64,000 nt of DNA. Source: Octopus sinensis (lineage: Eukaryota). The position numbers and the translations under genes are program-made. The DNA lies in contig NC_043001.1 in assembly GCF_006345805.1 (NCBI RefSeq), forward strand, positions 12,214,001 through 12,278,000, in the 5' to 3' direction. Under the pieces are notes generated by a model, which had not been told where the DNA came from, searched no databases, and saw only the letters and a list, made by a program, of their open reading frames with translations. Positions 13,086 through 25,008 of the stretch are shown here, piece by piece. Every line of letters begins with the position of its first letter. Positions within the stretch are counted from its first letter, which is position 1.

Positions 13086-13088
<3 letters not shown>
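9892..13088 (-). mobile_element. 5'-truncated CR1-group LINE (LINE-B), (AATC)n tail, flanked by (TA)n
   Basis: ORF2 pieces 12563-12973 (LLNIRGL, LTETHL, YRPP) and 10236-12626 (GDFNLP, SDH, QHGFR, DFAKAFD, GVPQGTVLGP, YADDTK). The ORF1 stump ends in (TA)n at ~13089. Confidence 0.92.
10050..12973 (-). pseudogene. LINE-B ORF2 (APE + RT), frameshifts near 12615 and 10345
   Basis: 796-aa uninterrupted core. The C-terminus continues in other frames (IIYIWKILEG..FRGPQLFNILPKNLRDL..VPDEP). Confidence 0.92.
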
Positions 13089-13143
<55 letters not shown>

Positions 13144-13275
13144 GTATATATATATATACATATATATATATATACGTATATATATGTATATATATACATA
13201 TATATATATATATACATATATATATATGTACATATATATATATAATTATATACATATATATATATATATGTATAA

Positions 13276-13455
13276 CCAACTTCACGGCAGGAGGTGCAGA
13301 TGAGGGCAGATGCATCGAACTCTCTCATGCATCAGATGGCGTTTTGCTAAAAAGCATCCGTGAGGTAAAACCGTGTAGCAAACCAAATGGCGGTGCCCCA
13401 GCATGGCCACAGCTCATTAGCTGAAAAGGAAAATCAAAATCAAAATCAAAATCAT
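13276..13455 (+). mobile_element. 3' end fragment of the LINE-B family with (AAAATC)n tail, inverted relative to LINE-B
   Basis: Matches the reverse complement of 9905-10065 (ccaacttca..gcatcgaactctctcatgca..ggcggtgccccagcatggccacagctc). Confidence 0.85.
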
Positions 13456-13571
13456 ACAAATATATCTATCTATTCATCTCTCTCTCCTATTTTCCTCCCT
13501 CAACTCTCTGTCTATATATATATGTATATATATATTATATGTATATACATATATGTATGTATATATATATA

Positions 13572-13639
<68 letters not shown>

Positions 13640-13954
13640 ATAAAACGTTTATGTATATGTGTTGCCCGCTTCGTGATGTGTAGTTTGTTGAAACAGATAT
13701 TGTTATATTTCGGGATTGTTAATTTCGTTTTTGATATCCCACAGAAAGTGTGACTGAAGAAGACAGTGTGCATTAGTTACGTGTATATGATCAAAATAAA
13801 CAACAGGATATCAAGAACTGATGTAGTACGACCGTTTAAAGCGGCTCCATTTGACTGAACAATGCATTCATTACATTAATGTACGCGTGGACCTATCATC
13901 AGCTGAACGACTGAATAGAAATTTAATCCGTCGGACACATTAATATAACATAAG

Positions 13955-14420
13955 GGGGATCAGCCATCTGAATGTGGCTAGGGACAGGGCGGGGTGGTGG
14001 GGGTGTTACTGATGCATTTAGCCCCATCGATGATCGACGTCACCAGAAGGGCCGACAACATCTCGGTGTCCTTGCCAGCCTGCAAAGGGAGATCAGCCTC
14101 CCCGAAGATACGGATACTACATACGGACCGGTTTAGAGGTTATTGCCTCTTGTCAACGCATGGTAAGCACCGTTCTTCGTTGAGGGACTTCCTCTACAGG
14201 CTGGATATATAGGGATTTTCACAGTAACCACAGTCACTGGCGTAGAAAAACCGTTCGAAAACAATAATAAATCTCTGAGCGAGATATAAACAGTAACTGC
14301 TCTATAACATAAAGGGGATCAGCCATCTGAATGTGGGTAGGGACAGGGCGGGGTGGTGGGGTTGTTACTGATGCATTTAGCCCCAGGCGATCATCGACGT
14401 CACCAGAAGGGCCGACACCA
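13955..14420 (-). mobile_element. Penelope-like pseudo-LTR relic: ~105-bp direct repeats (13955-14060, 14314-14420) flanking a hammerhead-like motif
   Basis: Direct repeat is visible. 14260-14300 resembles the family at 34622-34910 and 57370. Confidence 0.6.
14120..14162 (-). ncRNA. Hammerhead-like motif with U3-A8 core; G12 mutated to U
   Basis: Minus strand: CATGCG TTGACAA GAGG caataa CCTC TAAA CCGG TC CGTATG. Stems I, II and III (ACCGGT) all pair; GUC site. Confidence 0.65.
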
Positions 14421-14490
14421 ACTCGAATTTTACTCAAATTAAATGGAGTCGCTTGCAATGATCGTATTGTATCACGTCTTGATAACCTTT

Positions 14491-14544
<54 letters not shown>

Positions 14545-14551
<7 letters not shown>

Positions 14552-14700
14552 TTACTACCCACAAGGGGCTAAACACAGAGGGGACAAACAAGGACAGACA
14601 AAGGGATTAAGTCGATTACATCGACCCCAGTGCGTAACTGGTACTTAATTTATCGACCCCGAATGGATGAAAAGCAAAGTTGACCTCGGCGGAATTTGAA
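14545..14700 (-). mobile_element. SINE-B fragment (tRNA head + Meta/MESC-like core)
   Basis: Matches the window family with core GCCTTTCATCCTTTCGGGGTCGATAAATTAAGTACCAG. Confidence 0.8.
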
Positions 14701-14739
14701 TATATATATTCGGCGGAATATATATATATATATATATAT

Positions 14740-14788
<49 letters not shown>

Positions 14789-15203
14789 TGTGTGTGTGTG
14801 TCTCTGTTTGTGTGTGTGTGTGGGTGTGTGTGGGTGTGTTTGTGTGTGTGTGCGTGCGTGCGTGCGTAAATATATGCTAACCCAAGAAGATTTCGATGTA
14901 TTGAAATTATCTCCGCTTCTTGATGTTTCAATTTCCAAATGGCAATTGATACCAGTTGTATATGAGTGTGACGAAGAATCATTAATTATCGAAATTTGGA
15001 ATGCAACAAAACAAACTATATACGAGGTTGGTCATAATAGGAAAGACATAGACAGGTGTTTCCTTCTCTAAATGAACCATCTCCAAGGGAACCGACATTT
15101 TTACGTAGAATGTAAAAGTGCAAAGAACACGGATGTATGTTTACAGATGCTTTTTCCTTCGTATCGTTAACCGGATACGGTATGTATGTATGTGTGGTAG
15201 AGG

Positions 15204-15572
15204 CGCAATGACCCAGTAGTTAAGATAGCAAGCTTGCGGTCGTAGTCTCGCGGTTTCGATACCTAGACTTGGCGTTGTAATTGTTTTCTGAGTCAAAGCA
15301 CCTAAAGCTCCGTGAGTCTCCTTCATGGGGTGGTGGCGAACCCTGCTGTACACTTTCACTACAACTTCCTCTCACTCTTTCTTCCTGTTTCTGCTGTACC
15401 TGTATTTCAAAGGGGCCAGCCTTGTCACACTCTGTGTCAAGCTGAATCTCTCAGAGAACTACGTTAAAAGTATACGTGTCTGTGGAGTACTCAGCCACTT
15501 GCACGTTAATTTCATGAGTAGGCTGTTCCGTTGATCGGACCAACTGTAATGCTCGCTGTTATAAACAACGGG
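15204..15572 (+). mobile_element. SINE-C (tRNA-like head GGAGGCGCAATGGCCCAGTGG)
   Basis: A/B-box-like head; body shared with copies at 21335, 33810 and 59082. Confidence 0.85.
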
Positions 15573-16190
15573 ATGGCACGAAAGATGTATGTATGTGTAT
15601 TATAAAAGTCGAGAAAAATTACCAATAATTTTATGCGGTACGCTTTAAACTCTCGAATATTTTGCAGGAAAGAAATAGTAGCATTTTAAATGTAAAAATA
15701 ATAAATACAATCATCCATAAAATGCACTTCTAGGCACCACTCTCAGTGTATAGGTATGTATGTATGTATTTATGTATATATCCTCAGACATTTACATATG
15801 TGTATATATGTACGTGTGTGTGTGTGCGTGTACTACTAATAATAATGACAACAAAAGAATGAATGCGACCTCGATATTATGTAAATAGAGGAAGTAATAT
15901 GCAATAAAATATGTGAGAATCTGACGGTTGCCATAATAAAACTCATTCTCATAGCTTTTTTCTTTGTCTTAATAACTGTCATCTTCATAGAAATTTCCCT
16001 TTATTTAACGGTCATTTTCACAGCATTTTTGTTTGTCTTAAGAACTGACGAGATGCCGGAGCAGTATTCCGTCCCGGCATCCGAAACTGAGGTCTATTAT
16101 GGCAACCTACGAATTGTCACATAATATATTATATATATATACACACATACACACACATACACATACACACACACAACACACACACAGACG

Positions 16191-16237
<47 letters not shown>

Positions 16238-16243
<6 letters not shown>

Positions 16244-16570
16244 ATAGTTATCGCCATACTAATATGGCATTCTTATAAAAATAAGAAAAAAGCTGTCCGC
16301 TTATTAGCTCCATGAGGCCATCGCCTTAAGTTAGCTATTTGATACACAAACTGTATCCATATAACCTTCGATTATATGGATACATGGATCCATATAAGGT
16401 TATATGGATACAGTTTGTGTATCAAATAGCTAACTTAGGCGATGGCCTCATGGAGCTAATAAGCGGACAGCTTTTTTCTTATTTTTATAAGAATGCCATA
16501 TTAGTATGGCGATAACTATTATTTTCCGGGAACGCTGCCGCTGTTCTCTTTTAGAGAGACTTAGTTATAT
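16238..16570. mobile_element. Penelope-like fold-back (family H tail), ~130-bp arms 16238-16369 / 16396-16525
   Basis: Near-perfect inverted repeat; the sequence is related to 33104-33590 and 38240-38390. Confidence 0.75.
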
Positions 16571-16573
16571 TAA

Positions 16574-16604
<31 letters not shown>

Positions 16605-16615
<11 letters not shown>

Positions 16616-16824
16616 CGGAGATGTACACGCATAGCAAGTAATTTGATCTGAGATCGTGTGCTGAAACGAAAACAATTGCAGCGTGGAAGGTGTTTATAAG
16701 CCATTTAAGAAACACACAAAAGTCGTTCGATTCACTTCAACATTTAAGTTTAATTTGTCAAAATATTTTCGTCGCTAAAATCCGCGACCTGTTCACTGAC
16801 AAAGTCCGTGCTGCATCTAAGCAC

Positions 16825-16830
<6 letters not shown>
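16605..16830 (-). mobile_element. Penelope-like pseudo-LTR fragment carrying a hammerhead
   Basis: Non-coding unit between (TA)n tracts containing the motif at 16757-16800. Confidence 0.55.
16757..16800 (-). ncRNA. Type-I hammerhead motif with swapped G3-C8 core
   Basis: Minus strand: GTCA GTGAACA G GTCGC ggatttta GCGAC GAAA ATAT T T TGAC. Stem I 4 bp, stem II 5 bp, palindromic stem III AATATT. Confidence 0.62.
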
Positions 16831-16863
<33 letters not shown>

Positions 16864-16870
16864 TATATAT

Positions 16871-16909
<39 letters not shown>

Positions 16910-16910
16910 C

Positions 16911-16980
<70 letters not shown>

Positions 16981-16983
<3 letters not shown>

Positions 16984-17640
16984 AAAATAGTAAAGTGTGA
17001 AAAAACGATTTAGAAAATTCTAAACTAATCACTCAGGCGCAGATGCACACTGCATCGACAACAGATTGCATTCCCAGAATATAGAATGATACCTTTTAGT
17101 GAGCACATTGAGAAATGCGCAAAGCAACTACTGCCACAATTTTTAATCTTCCCATTTTACCAATGTGCTTTCGGATCATCAACACAAAGAGAACTGAACA
17201 AGGAAACATTCTTCATTGAAAAGTACAAACCCAGACTCAACCATCCGAACATACTGACACAGAGAAATTAACAAGGAAAAGGAAAAAAAAAATTTTAAGC
17301 GATTATCTCCCCTACACCGGAAAAAATCACTCACTACCTCCCCTTATTTAGAATCTCCTGAAATAAAAACAACGATAATTCCATGCAATATAAACATAAC
17401 GTCACAGAAATTTGAAAAGCTACACGCGAACCGGTAATTTCTTTAAAAATTTTTTAAATTATGTCATTTTAAGGAAAGGAAAAAAAAAAAAAAAAAAAAA
17501 ATTTTTCCAATATTCTCCAGACATTTTGACACAAATATATATATTTTTTTAACATTTAAGCCTTCTGTCGTTTTTTCACACTTTACTATTTTCTTATATA
17601 TTCACCCACGTGCTTTACCAAACAAACTTTCTTATCTATA
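16981..17640 (+). mobile_element. Penelope-like element 3' fragment: GIY-YIG C-terminus plus inverted terminal copy
   Basis: IPFSEHIEKC..FLIFPFYQC..RELNKETFFIEKYKPRLN matches the PLE endonuclease C-terminal pattern. 17570-17597 is the reverse complement of 16981-17005. Confidence 0.75.
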
Positions 17641-17962
17641 TATATATATATATATACTATATATATATATATATATATATAGATATTATATATATATAAT
17701 ATTATATACATATATATAGTTTAAATAATAGGGGAGAAAAATTGAATATTAATTTGATGAATATCATTTAAAACCAATGGCCCAGCTCATTCAAAAATCT
17801 GAAGATTCAGAAAATTTATATTACTTATATATAAGAGGGATGACCACTAAGTCGACATCCATTATGCTAGGTGTTGACCCCGTATTTTCTTCAGAACAAT
17901 CTCTTCTTTGGTGGTCATCCATATGAGTCTACATCTAGCATAATTGATGCCCACTTAGTGGT

Positions 17963-18031
<69 letters not shown>

Positions 18032-18054
18032 TTGTGTGTGTATATAATATATTG

Positions 18055-18095
<41 letters not shown>

Positions 18096-18134
18096 TATAG
18101 ACAAATATATTATTACAAACACGTATATATATGA

Positions 18135-18420
18135 TAATAGTTATCGCCAAGCTAACATGGAAGTCAAGGAAATTAGGACGAATGCTGCCGTTAATTTGCT
18201 CCAAGTGGCCATCACCTCTAGCTAGCTACGTGACACACAGTCCTGCGTGCATTATAATCTTCGAACAGGGGAGGTCAGCAGCCTCCCCTTGCTGGTTTGA
18301 TAACCAAAGGCTAGTTTCGCGGTAGTTGCTCCTTATCAATGAGGAGTAGCCGAACCCAGCAGGTGTCGCTGCTGACCGTCTGTTCGAAGGTTTTCTTACA
18401 TAACTTCAGTGGAATAGATC
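18135..18420 (-). mobile_element. Penelope-like family H fragment with a degenerate U3-A8 hammerhead (core 18333-18339)
   Basis: Homologous to 33166-33480. Minus strand reads TTGATAA GGAG caacta CCGC GAAACTAG. Confidence 0.6.
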
Positions 18421-18424
18421 CACT

Positions 18425-18636
18425 GGTTTTTCAGTTACGTTACTGCGGCCATGCTGAAGCACCACCTTCAGTCAAAGATCCCAGAACTAATTCTTTGTAA
18501 GCCTAGTACATATTCTCTTAGACTCTTTGCCGAATCGTTAAATTACGGGGGCATAAACGCACCGACATCGGTTGTCGAGCGACTGGGGACAAACACAGAC
18601 ACACAAAAACACACACACATACACAACCACACACAC

Positions 18637-18690
<54 letters not shown>

Positions 18691-18850
18691 CAGGCGTCTT
18701 TCAGTTTCCGTCTACTAAATCCCTCCCAAAGCTTTGGTCGGCCCGAGACTATAGTAGAAGATAGTTCACCCAAGGTGCTACAACACGCAGTGGGAATGAA
18801 CCCGAACCATGTTTTGGGAGCAAGCTACTTCCCATAGAACCACGCCTGAG
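18425..18850 (-). mobile_element. SINE-A (tRNA head AGGCGCAGGAGTGGCTGTGTGG, internal microsatellite)
   Basis: Matches other window copies. Confidence 0.8.
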
Positions 18851-19053
18851 ACTATATATATATTTACACACACACACACACACACATAATATATTATATA
18901 TATATATATATAAAATAATATATATATATATATATACCTGTGTATATGTAAATATATATAGGGGTATATAGAGATAGACATATATGCATATATGTATCAT
19001 GTATGTGCATTTGTCTATCTATCCAACTCTTTCTCCCGACTCTCCTTTCTCTT

Positions 19054-19098
<45 letters not shown>

Positions 19099-21334
19099 GT
19101 AATTATGTACTACTTTGGATATATGTCACTGATGAGGCTGAATATGCTAATGCATAACCAGAAGTCGTCGATATGGGACTATCCATTAATTTTCTTACTA
19201 ATATATTTGTTTATTTATCTTTTCACCTGAACGTTATGAATAATTGATGCGGTTTTACAATTAGGTTTGCGTACACTAAATTATAATTTTAATTATACTT
19301 ATACGTATAAGGTGTTTTCCTATGCAGATCACTTGATATAAATTTTATTACAATGGTCTTATCCTTTTTCTATATAAGTATATATATCCACTTCGTTATT
19401 TTATTCACTGCGGTGATATTTTTGACCTTATAGGACACGGTGTAGAAATGACAAGTGAATTGGTTGGCATATACGTAGATATATATGTATGCATACGTGC
19501 GTATATATAAGTATTCGCATGCCGTATGTATATATATTTGTAAATTTGTACAACTCTTCGTATATCTCTATGATGAGGTAGAGTTAATAGTTAGTCACAA
19601 ATCGTCGATTTGGGATTATCCATATTTTTTTGCTAATTTATTTGTTAATTTTTTGCTAATTTATTTGTTAATTTATCTTTTCATCTGTGCTGTATGAATA
19701 CTTGATATGGTTTTAGAGTCAGGTTCAGCTGCATGGTGGTATCTCTTTGGCACCTTTAATTATAGTTTTGTTAATGATTATTACGAATAAGATTTTTCCC
19801 ATACAGACCACTTGATATGATTGTTATTTTAAATTATGATGTTATCCTTTATACATACATGCATTGGGAGATCTTTTCACGTATATATATATATATATAT
19901 ATATATACGTCAAAAGAGATCCCAATGTATGTCTCACGAATAAACCTTCGTAATAATTTTGAAGATAAGGCTGAAATACAAATAATCCATTTCTATTAAC
20001 CTGTGACCCTAGAAATGCTATATTGTGTTATTGAGCAAAACGAATCCATACAATTTTACAGCAAATATAGAATTTCTAAACTAATTAAAGACAGACTATC
20101 TCTTAACAAAGGTGAAATTCACATGACGAGGAAACGTAGCTGGTAACGAAAATGGAGATATTCTCTGTTGGGTGTCTGAAATAATTAAACTGGAAACAAC
20201 CACAGAAATTCAGGGATGGAAACGAATTGAAAGTTAATGGAAATATGAATTACGACATGTCGTTTGCGTCATTGTCATAGCCAAAAGACGATTGAGAATT
20301 ATATCGTCTAAGCTGGGTGAAAATTTATACTTATTAGTCAGAAATCAAGCATTCATCTCTTTAAAATGTTCGTTCTAGAAGGCATCTAGACAATTATATA
20401 TAAACCCACGTTTCAAAATGCGGCACATATTCGTTAATAACAAAAGGTAAAAGAAGAAAAATCTATAAGGTTCCTAAATCCTGAAACTAAACCGGAAATA
20501 CTTTGCGTATTACCATTTGTTGTGTGTTGAAAATGATTAATTCAACGAAAGCGTTTAGCAACACGAATAAAACCAATGTGTTTAATAATCCTTTTTGAAT
20601 TTAAGATGTCCTCAAATATTCTGAAAGCACGAAGTATACTTACTAAAGTGTAACACACACACACATTTTCGATTAGAGAAATATGCCAAGACATTTTTCA
20701 GGCGTCTCAGAAATGCTAGTGCTAACATGGAATCCAGGGTAGCTTGTGCTTTGGTTTTGCAGACGGTGATTAAAGCGGCACCCCAGTTATATGAAGAAGG
20801 CTGCTAGAAACCGAATTGGACGATAAACAGGACCTGTTAAATGGACGGAAGTGAGACATCTCTTAGCTTTTGTCCTATGATATCTCTAGGAGAAGACTAA
20901 GACCACTCTGATATAAAAGCAAATGTGCAGGGAATGTTATTGAAAATGTTTGAAGGGTTTTTGCTCTTGTGCTTCTGCTTGAGGATATATCACTCCCATA
21001 TTCCTAGGCTACGTCCGATATTCGTACTGGATATCTTGCCCTAAATTGTCGCTTGATAATGTCAATAGAGTGAAGAAGTCCGGCAAGATGCTGTGCAAGC
21101 GTTTTTGGACCAACTATTTTAGATGTTGCACTCGGCAGCGAGGCGTCTCCCCGATGTCCAGCTGTGTAGAAGTGCACCACTGGGAGCATGAAAACGGGAT
21201 CGCGAACCTATCTGACGCTCGGTGCGGCTGCAGTAACCTAATGCTTGAAAGTACTGGCATTTCATTTTTGAATGGACAATGGTCAATGTTAAGTTTCTTC
21301 TGTCAGGAGTGTACATCCATCATATTTATGAAAG

Positions 21335-21713
21335 CACTCCGTCGGTTACGGCGACGAGGGTTCCAGTTGATCCGAATCAACGGAACAGCCTGCTCGTGAA
21401 ATTAACGTGTAAGTGGCTGAGCACTCCACAGACATGTGTACCCTTAACGTAGTTCTCGGGGATATTCAGCGTGACACAGAGAGAGTGACAAGGCCGGCCC
21501 TTTGAAATACAGGTACAACAGAAACAGGAAGTAAGAGTGAGAGAAAGTTGTGGTGAAAGAATACATCAGGGATCACCACCATCCCCTGCCGGAGTCTCGT
21601 GGAGCTTTAGGTGTTTTCGCTCAATAAACACTCACAACGCCCGGTCTGGGAATCGAAACCGCGATCCTATGACCGCGAGTCCGCTGCCCTAACCACTGGG
21701 CCATTGCGCCTCC
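21335..21713 (-). mobile_element. SINE-C
   Basis: Complete copy with tRNA-like head at 21650-21713. Confidence 0.88.
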
Positions 21714-21998
21714 CATCATATTTAATAGAGTAATTCAATACCGTTTATACCCTACAGCATGTTAGTTTCCATCCGTTTGTCATAGACGTATTTCTGGGTA
21801 GTCGTGAATATTTGTGCCTGAAGTGTCTGGCAAGAGATCTACAAAAACATTCAACTAAGTTATTTTGTTTTGGGATTTGGTTTTCAAAATTCTTTATGAG
21901 AGTGAAGACTATTGAAAACGTTGCAAGACGCAAGGAAAAATTTTAGGAAAATAAATTAAGAAATAAGTGGACATTTTACTGGTGAGTGTGTTAAATTA

Positions 21999-22398
21999 TA
22001 CTCTTTTACTTGTTTCAGTCATTTGACTGCGGCCATGCTGGAGCACCGCTTTTAGTCGAGCAAATCGACCCCGGGACTTATTCTTTGTAAGCCCAGTACT
22101 TATTCTATCAGTCTCTTTTGCCGAACCGCTAAGTGAGGGGGATGTAAACACACCAGCATCGGTTGTCAAGCAATGCTAGGGGGACAAACACAGACACACA
22201 AACACACACACATACATATATATATACATATATACGACAGGATTCTTACAGTTTCCGTCTACCAAATTCCCTCACAAGGCATTGGTCGGATCGGGGCTAT
22301 AGCAGAAGACACTTGCCCAAGATGCCACGCAGTGGGACCGAACCCGGAACCATGTGGTTGTTTAGCAAGCTACTTACCACACAGTCACTCCTGCGCCT
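21999..22398 (-). mobile_element. SINE-A, full length
   Basis: Head aggcgcaggagtg..GGTTCGGGTCCC, CORE-like CCTTGGGCAAGTGTCTT segment, 3' tail GGCGGTGCTCCAGCATGGCCGCAGTCAAATGACTGAAAC. Confidence 0.9.
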
Positions 22399-23029
22399 AT
22401 AAGGCACAAAAAGAAAATGACTCTCCCCAGACACAACAGAATTCAAATAAGTTATATGAAATAACGAGATATAAACTATACGTATACGCACACATGCATA
22501 CATACAAACATACATGCACACACACACACACATGCATGTAATTGTATGTATATACGTGTGTTATGCACGTGTTTGTGTGCGTGTGTGTATGTGCGTGTGC
22601 GCGTGCGTGTGTGTGTGTGTGTGTTGTGTGTGTGTGTGTGCATATGATAATTTTATCTGAAAGTTACAAGTCTTCCCAGCTGAGGATGAAAGCGAATATA
22701 ATTGTGAGAACAAAATCTGATCAAAAATTATGTAAAAAAATAAACTGTTTTAACAAAGGAAAAAGTCTTCAGTCATCAACACCTACAAGGCACTGATCTT
22801 TGCAGAAGGTATTAAATTTTCCGAAACTATAAACATTTCGAGAATCTTTTATTATAGAACTGGCCTCTACATCCACTACCTGACAATCTCTGCCCACTGG
22901 AAGACTACAAGTTTCGATTTCTTCCACTATTTGATTTACACGTCACACAACATAGGCAGAGGCATATAAACACACACACACACACAGACACACATACACA
23001 CACACATATATATATATATATACAAAGTG

Positions 23030-23680
23030 AGATAGGGGTTATGAGTATAACCCACTATGGGATATCATTTATCCAATATACTGCCAGTAAAGTACCCAGA
23101 AGGCTAATACATAACTGCTTAGAATTGCAATGCAATTAATTTATTTCTTGTATTATATGGGCGAAGGTAAAATGTTGTACCTCAAATTCATAATACAAAA
23201 TAAGAAAATGGAGGAATAGATTTCTTTCAATCATCAAATTCCAGATAATACCAATTCATATAATTTATTAACTAATTATTTAGATTATGCATATTCTTGT
23301 ATATGTGTTCTTTGTTTAATATTCATATTTGCATCTTATATCTTCATTTTATATCTTCATAATTGTACTTTATAATCTCTGACGAGGCCTTGAGATATAT
23401 ATATATATAAGTAACTCATTTTTAACTGCATATTACCTCAATTCATCTGACTAATATGGGCATAATGAGATACTCTTATCTACAGGCTGAAACAGCTGTA
23501 AGATCCATTTTATATGTATTATTCTCATGGTATTATCTTATAGATGTATATTGCTTTATTCTGTCTTATTCTGTTGGATTTGGATGTTCCTATTTAATCT
23601 AAATAATTAGTTAATAAATTATATGAATTGGTATTATCTAGAATTTGATGATTGAAAGAAAACTATTCCTCCCTTTTATC
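23030..23680 (+). mobile_element. Penelope-like mini-element with ~78-bp inverted repeats (23211-23288 / 23597-23672) around a hammerhead
   Basis: Inverted repeats are visible. A KYPEG(L)N-like GIY-YIG remnant lies at ~23085-23110. Confidence 0.7.
23375..23504 (+). ncRNA. Type-I hammerhead ribozyme motif with a ~93-nt loop in stem II
   Basis: ATCT CTGACGA(23379-85) GGCCT..AGGCT GAAA(23489-92) CAGCTG TA(23500) AGAT; stem III palindrome ACAGCTGT. Confidence 0.72.
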
Positions 23681-23684
23681 ATTT

Positions 23685-23723
<39 letters not shown>

Positions 23724-23731
23724 TAAACACT

Positions 23732-23890
23732 ACGGGCTTCTTTCAGTTTCCGTCTACCAAATCCCCTCACAAGGCTTTGGTCGGCCCGAGGCTATAGCAG
23801 AAGACACTTGCCCAAGGTGCCACGCAGTGGGACTGAACTCGGAACCATGTGGTTTGTAAGCAAGATACTTACCACACACCCACTCCTACA

Positions 23891-23893
<3 letters not shown>
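23732..23893 (-). mobile_element. SINE-A 5' half
   Basis: Matches family. Confidence 0.8.
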
Positions 23894-23924
<31 letters not shown>

Positions 23925-25008
23925 TTTAAGGCTGTATGTACATGTGACGATCCTCTCGGCTTATGGAGCACAGTATATAAATATAATTGTGTCCATATAT
24001 CCATGCTGATTCTATGTAGGCGCGCGACCCGTGTGCGTGCCATCCGTGCTTCTCTTCGAATGTTCGTATTTCTGTATTTATGCATTTTTGCGGAAATTTG
24101 TTTTATATATACGTGAATTCTTAAGCGTAGCACATTACATCTGTACAAAACCCGCTGCCGCACCCCCCCCCCGCCTTCCATCACTCACATTCCACGCACT
24201 CTACCACTCAAAAATTTGGCTTCCTTTCAAAATCAATAGTCCTCGTGCCAAGCATCCTTCTGAACTAAATTTACTATAGTCACTCAAAATCTCCAATGAC
24301 TTTCAAATAAATATACTTGTAAATTCCATCTCACATAATAGAGATTTTTTTTTTTTAAATATCTTAGTAAGTGCCAATTTACTATTCTCCGATAATCAGC
24401 AGAAAAGCTGGCCAAAAAATCCATATTCTTAAAGGTGTATATATTTTATGAGAGAATGGAAGCACCTTGTTTTTCAAACTATTAAACACAGACACGCACC
24501 TTCACACCCACACGTTGATATACAACGGTAATGACCTTCCGAAATATAGATAAAAAAACACTAAATACAATGGATAGACTACACCCCCGCAAGAAATATT
24601 TTGCCTCTAAAACATACAATACAAACGGCGGGATACCAAAGCCGCCACATTTAAATACAATACTGTTATTCCAGTTCTGCTCTGAAACTAATATTTACAG
24701 TTCAGTAGGACGCTACCGTTAACAGCGAATAATTTTACTTTGCTGTCGTTACGGTAAATCTTTGCTCTAAAAACATTGAATTTCCTCTTTGATATAGATG
24801 GGAGTACGATGTTAATTAGTCTTAAACACGCACAAACACCACGCATGCATAGACACAGAGATATTCTGGTAGTAAGATATGTTTGTAATTCTGAGAGGTG
24901 AACTTTTCTGAACTATCTACACCACTTGTGGTATTTTACAGTATTTTCTTTCTTTCATCTTTGCTTTTCTATTGCATGCAAAATATTAATAACCGTATTG
25001 ATAAACAT

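Noticed and set aside
12897-13773. Many 60-200 aa ORFs rich in I/Y/V/C/T/H (here and throughout the window)
   Set aside because: They are translations of (TA)n/(TG)n/(ATGT)n microsatellites, not genes.
13745-13776. cag|AAAGTGTGACTGAAGAAGACAGTGTGCATTAG as a terminal exon
   Set aside because: Too short to distinguish from chance.
17355-17440. Possible hammerhead after the GIY-YIG fragment (CTGAAATA..GAACCGGTA)
   Set aside because: Both core halves are mutated and stem II is not identifiable.
21004-21189. HFYTAGHRG resembling an LTR integrase HHCC start
   Set aside because: No downstream CxxC or DDE motifs and no LTRs.
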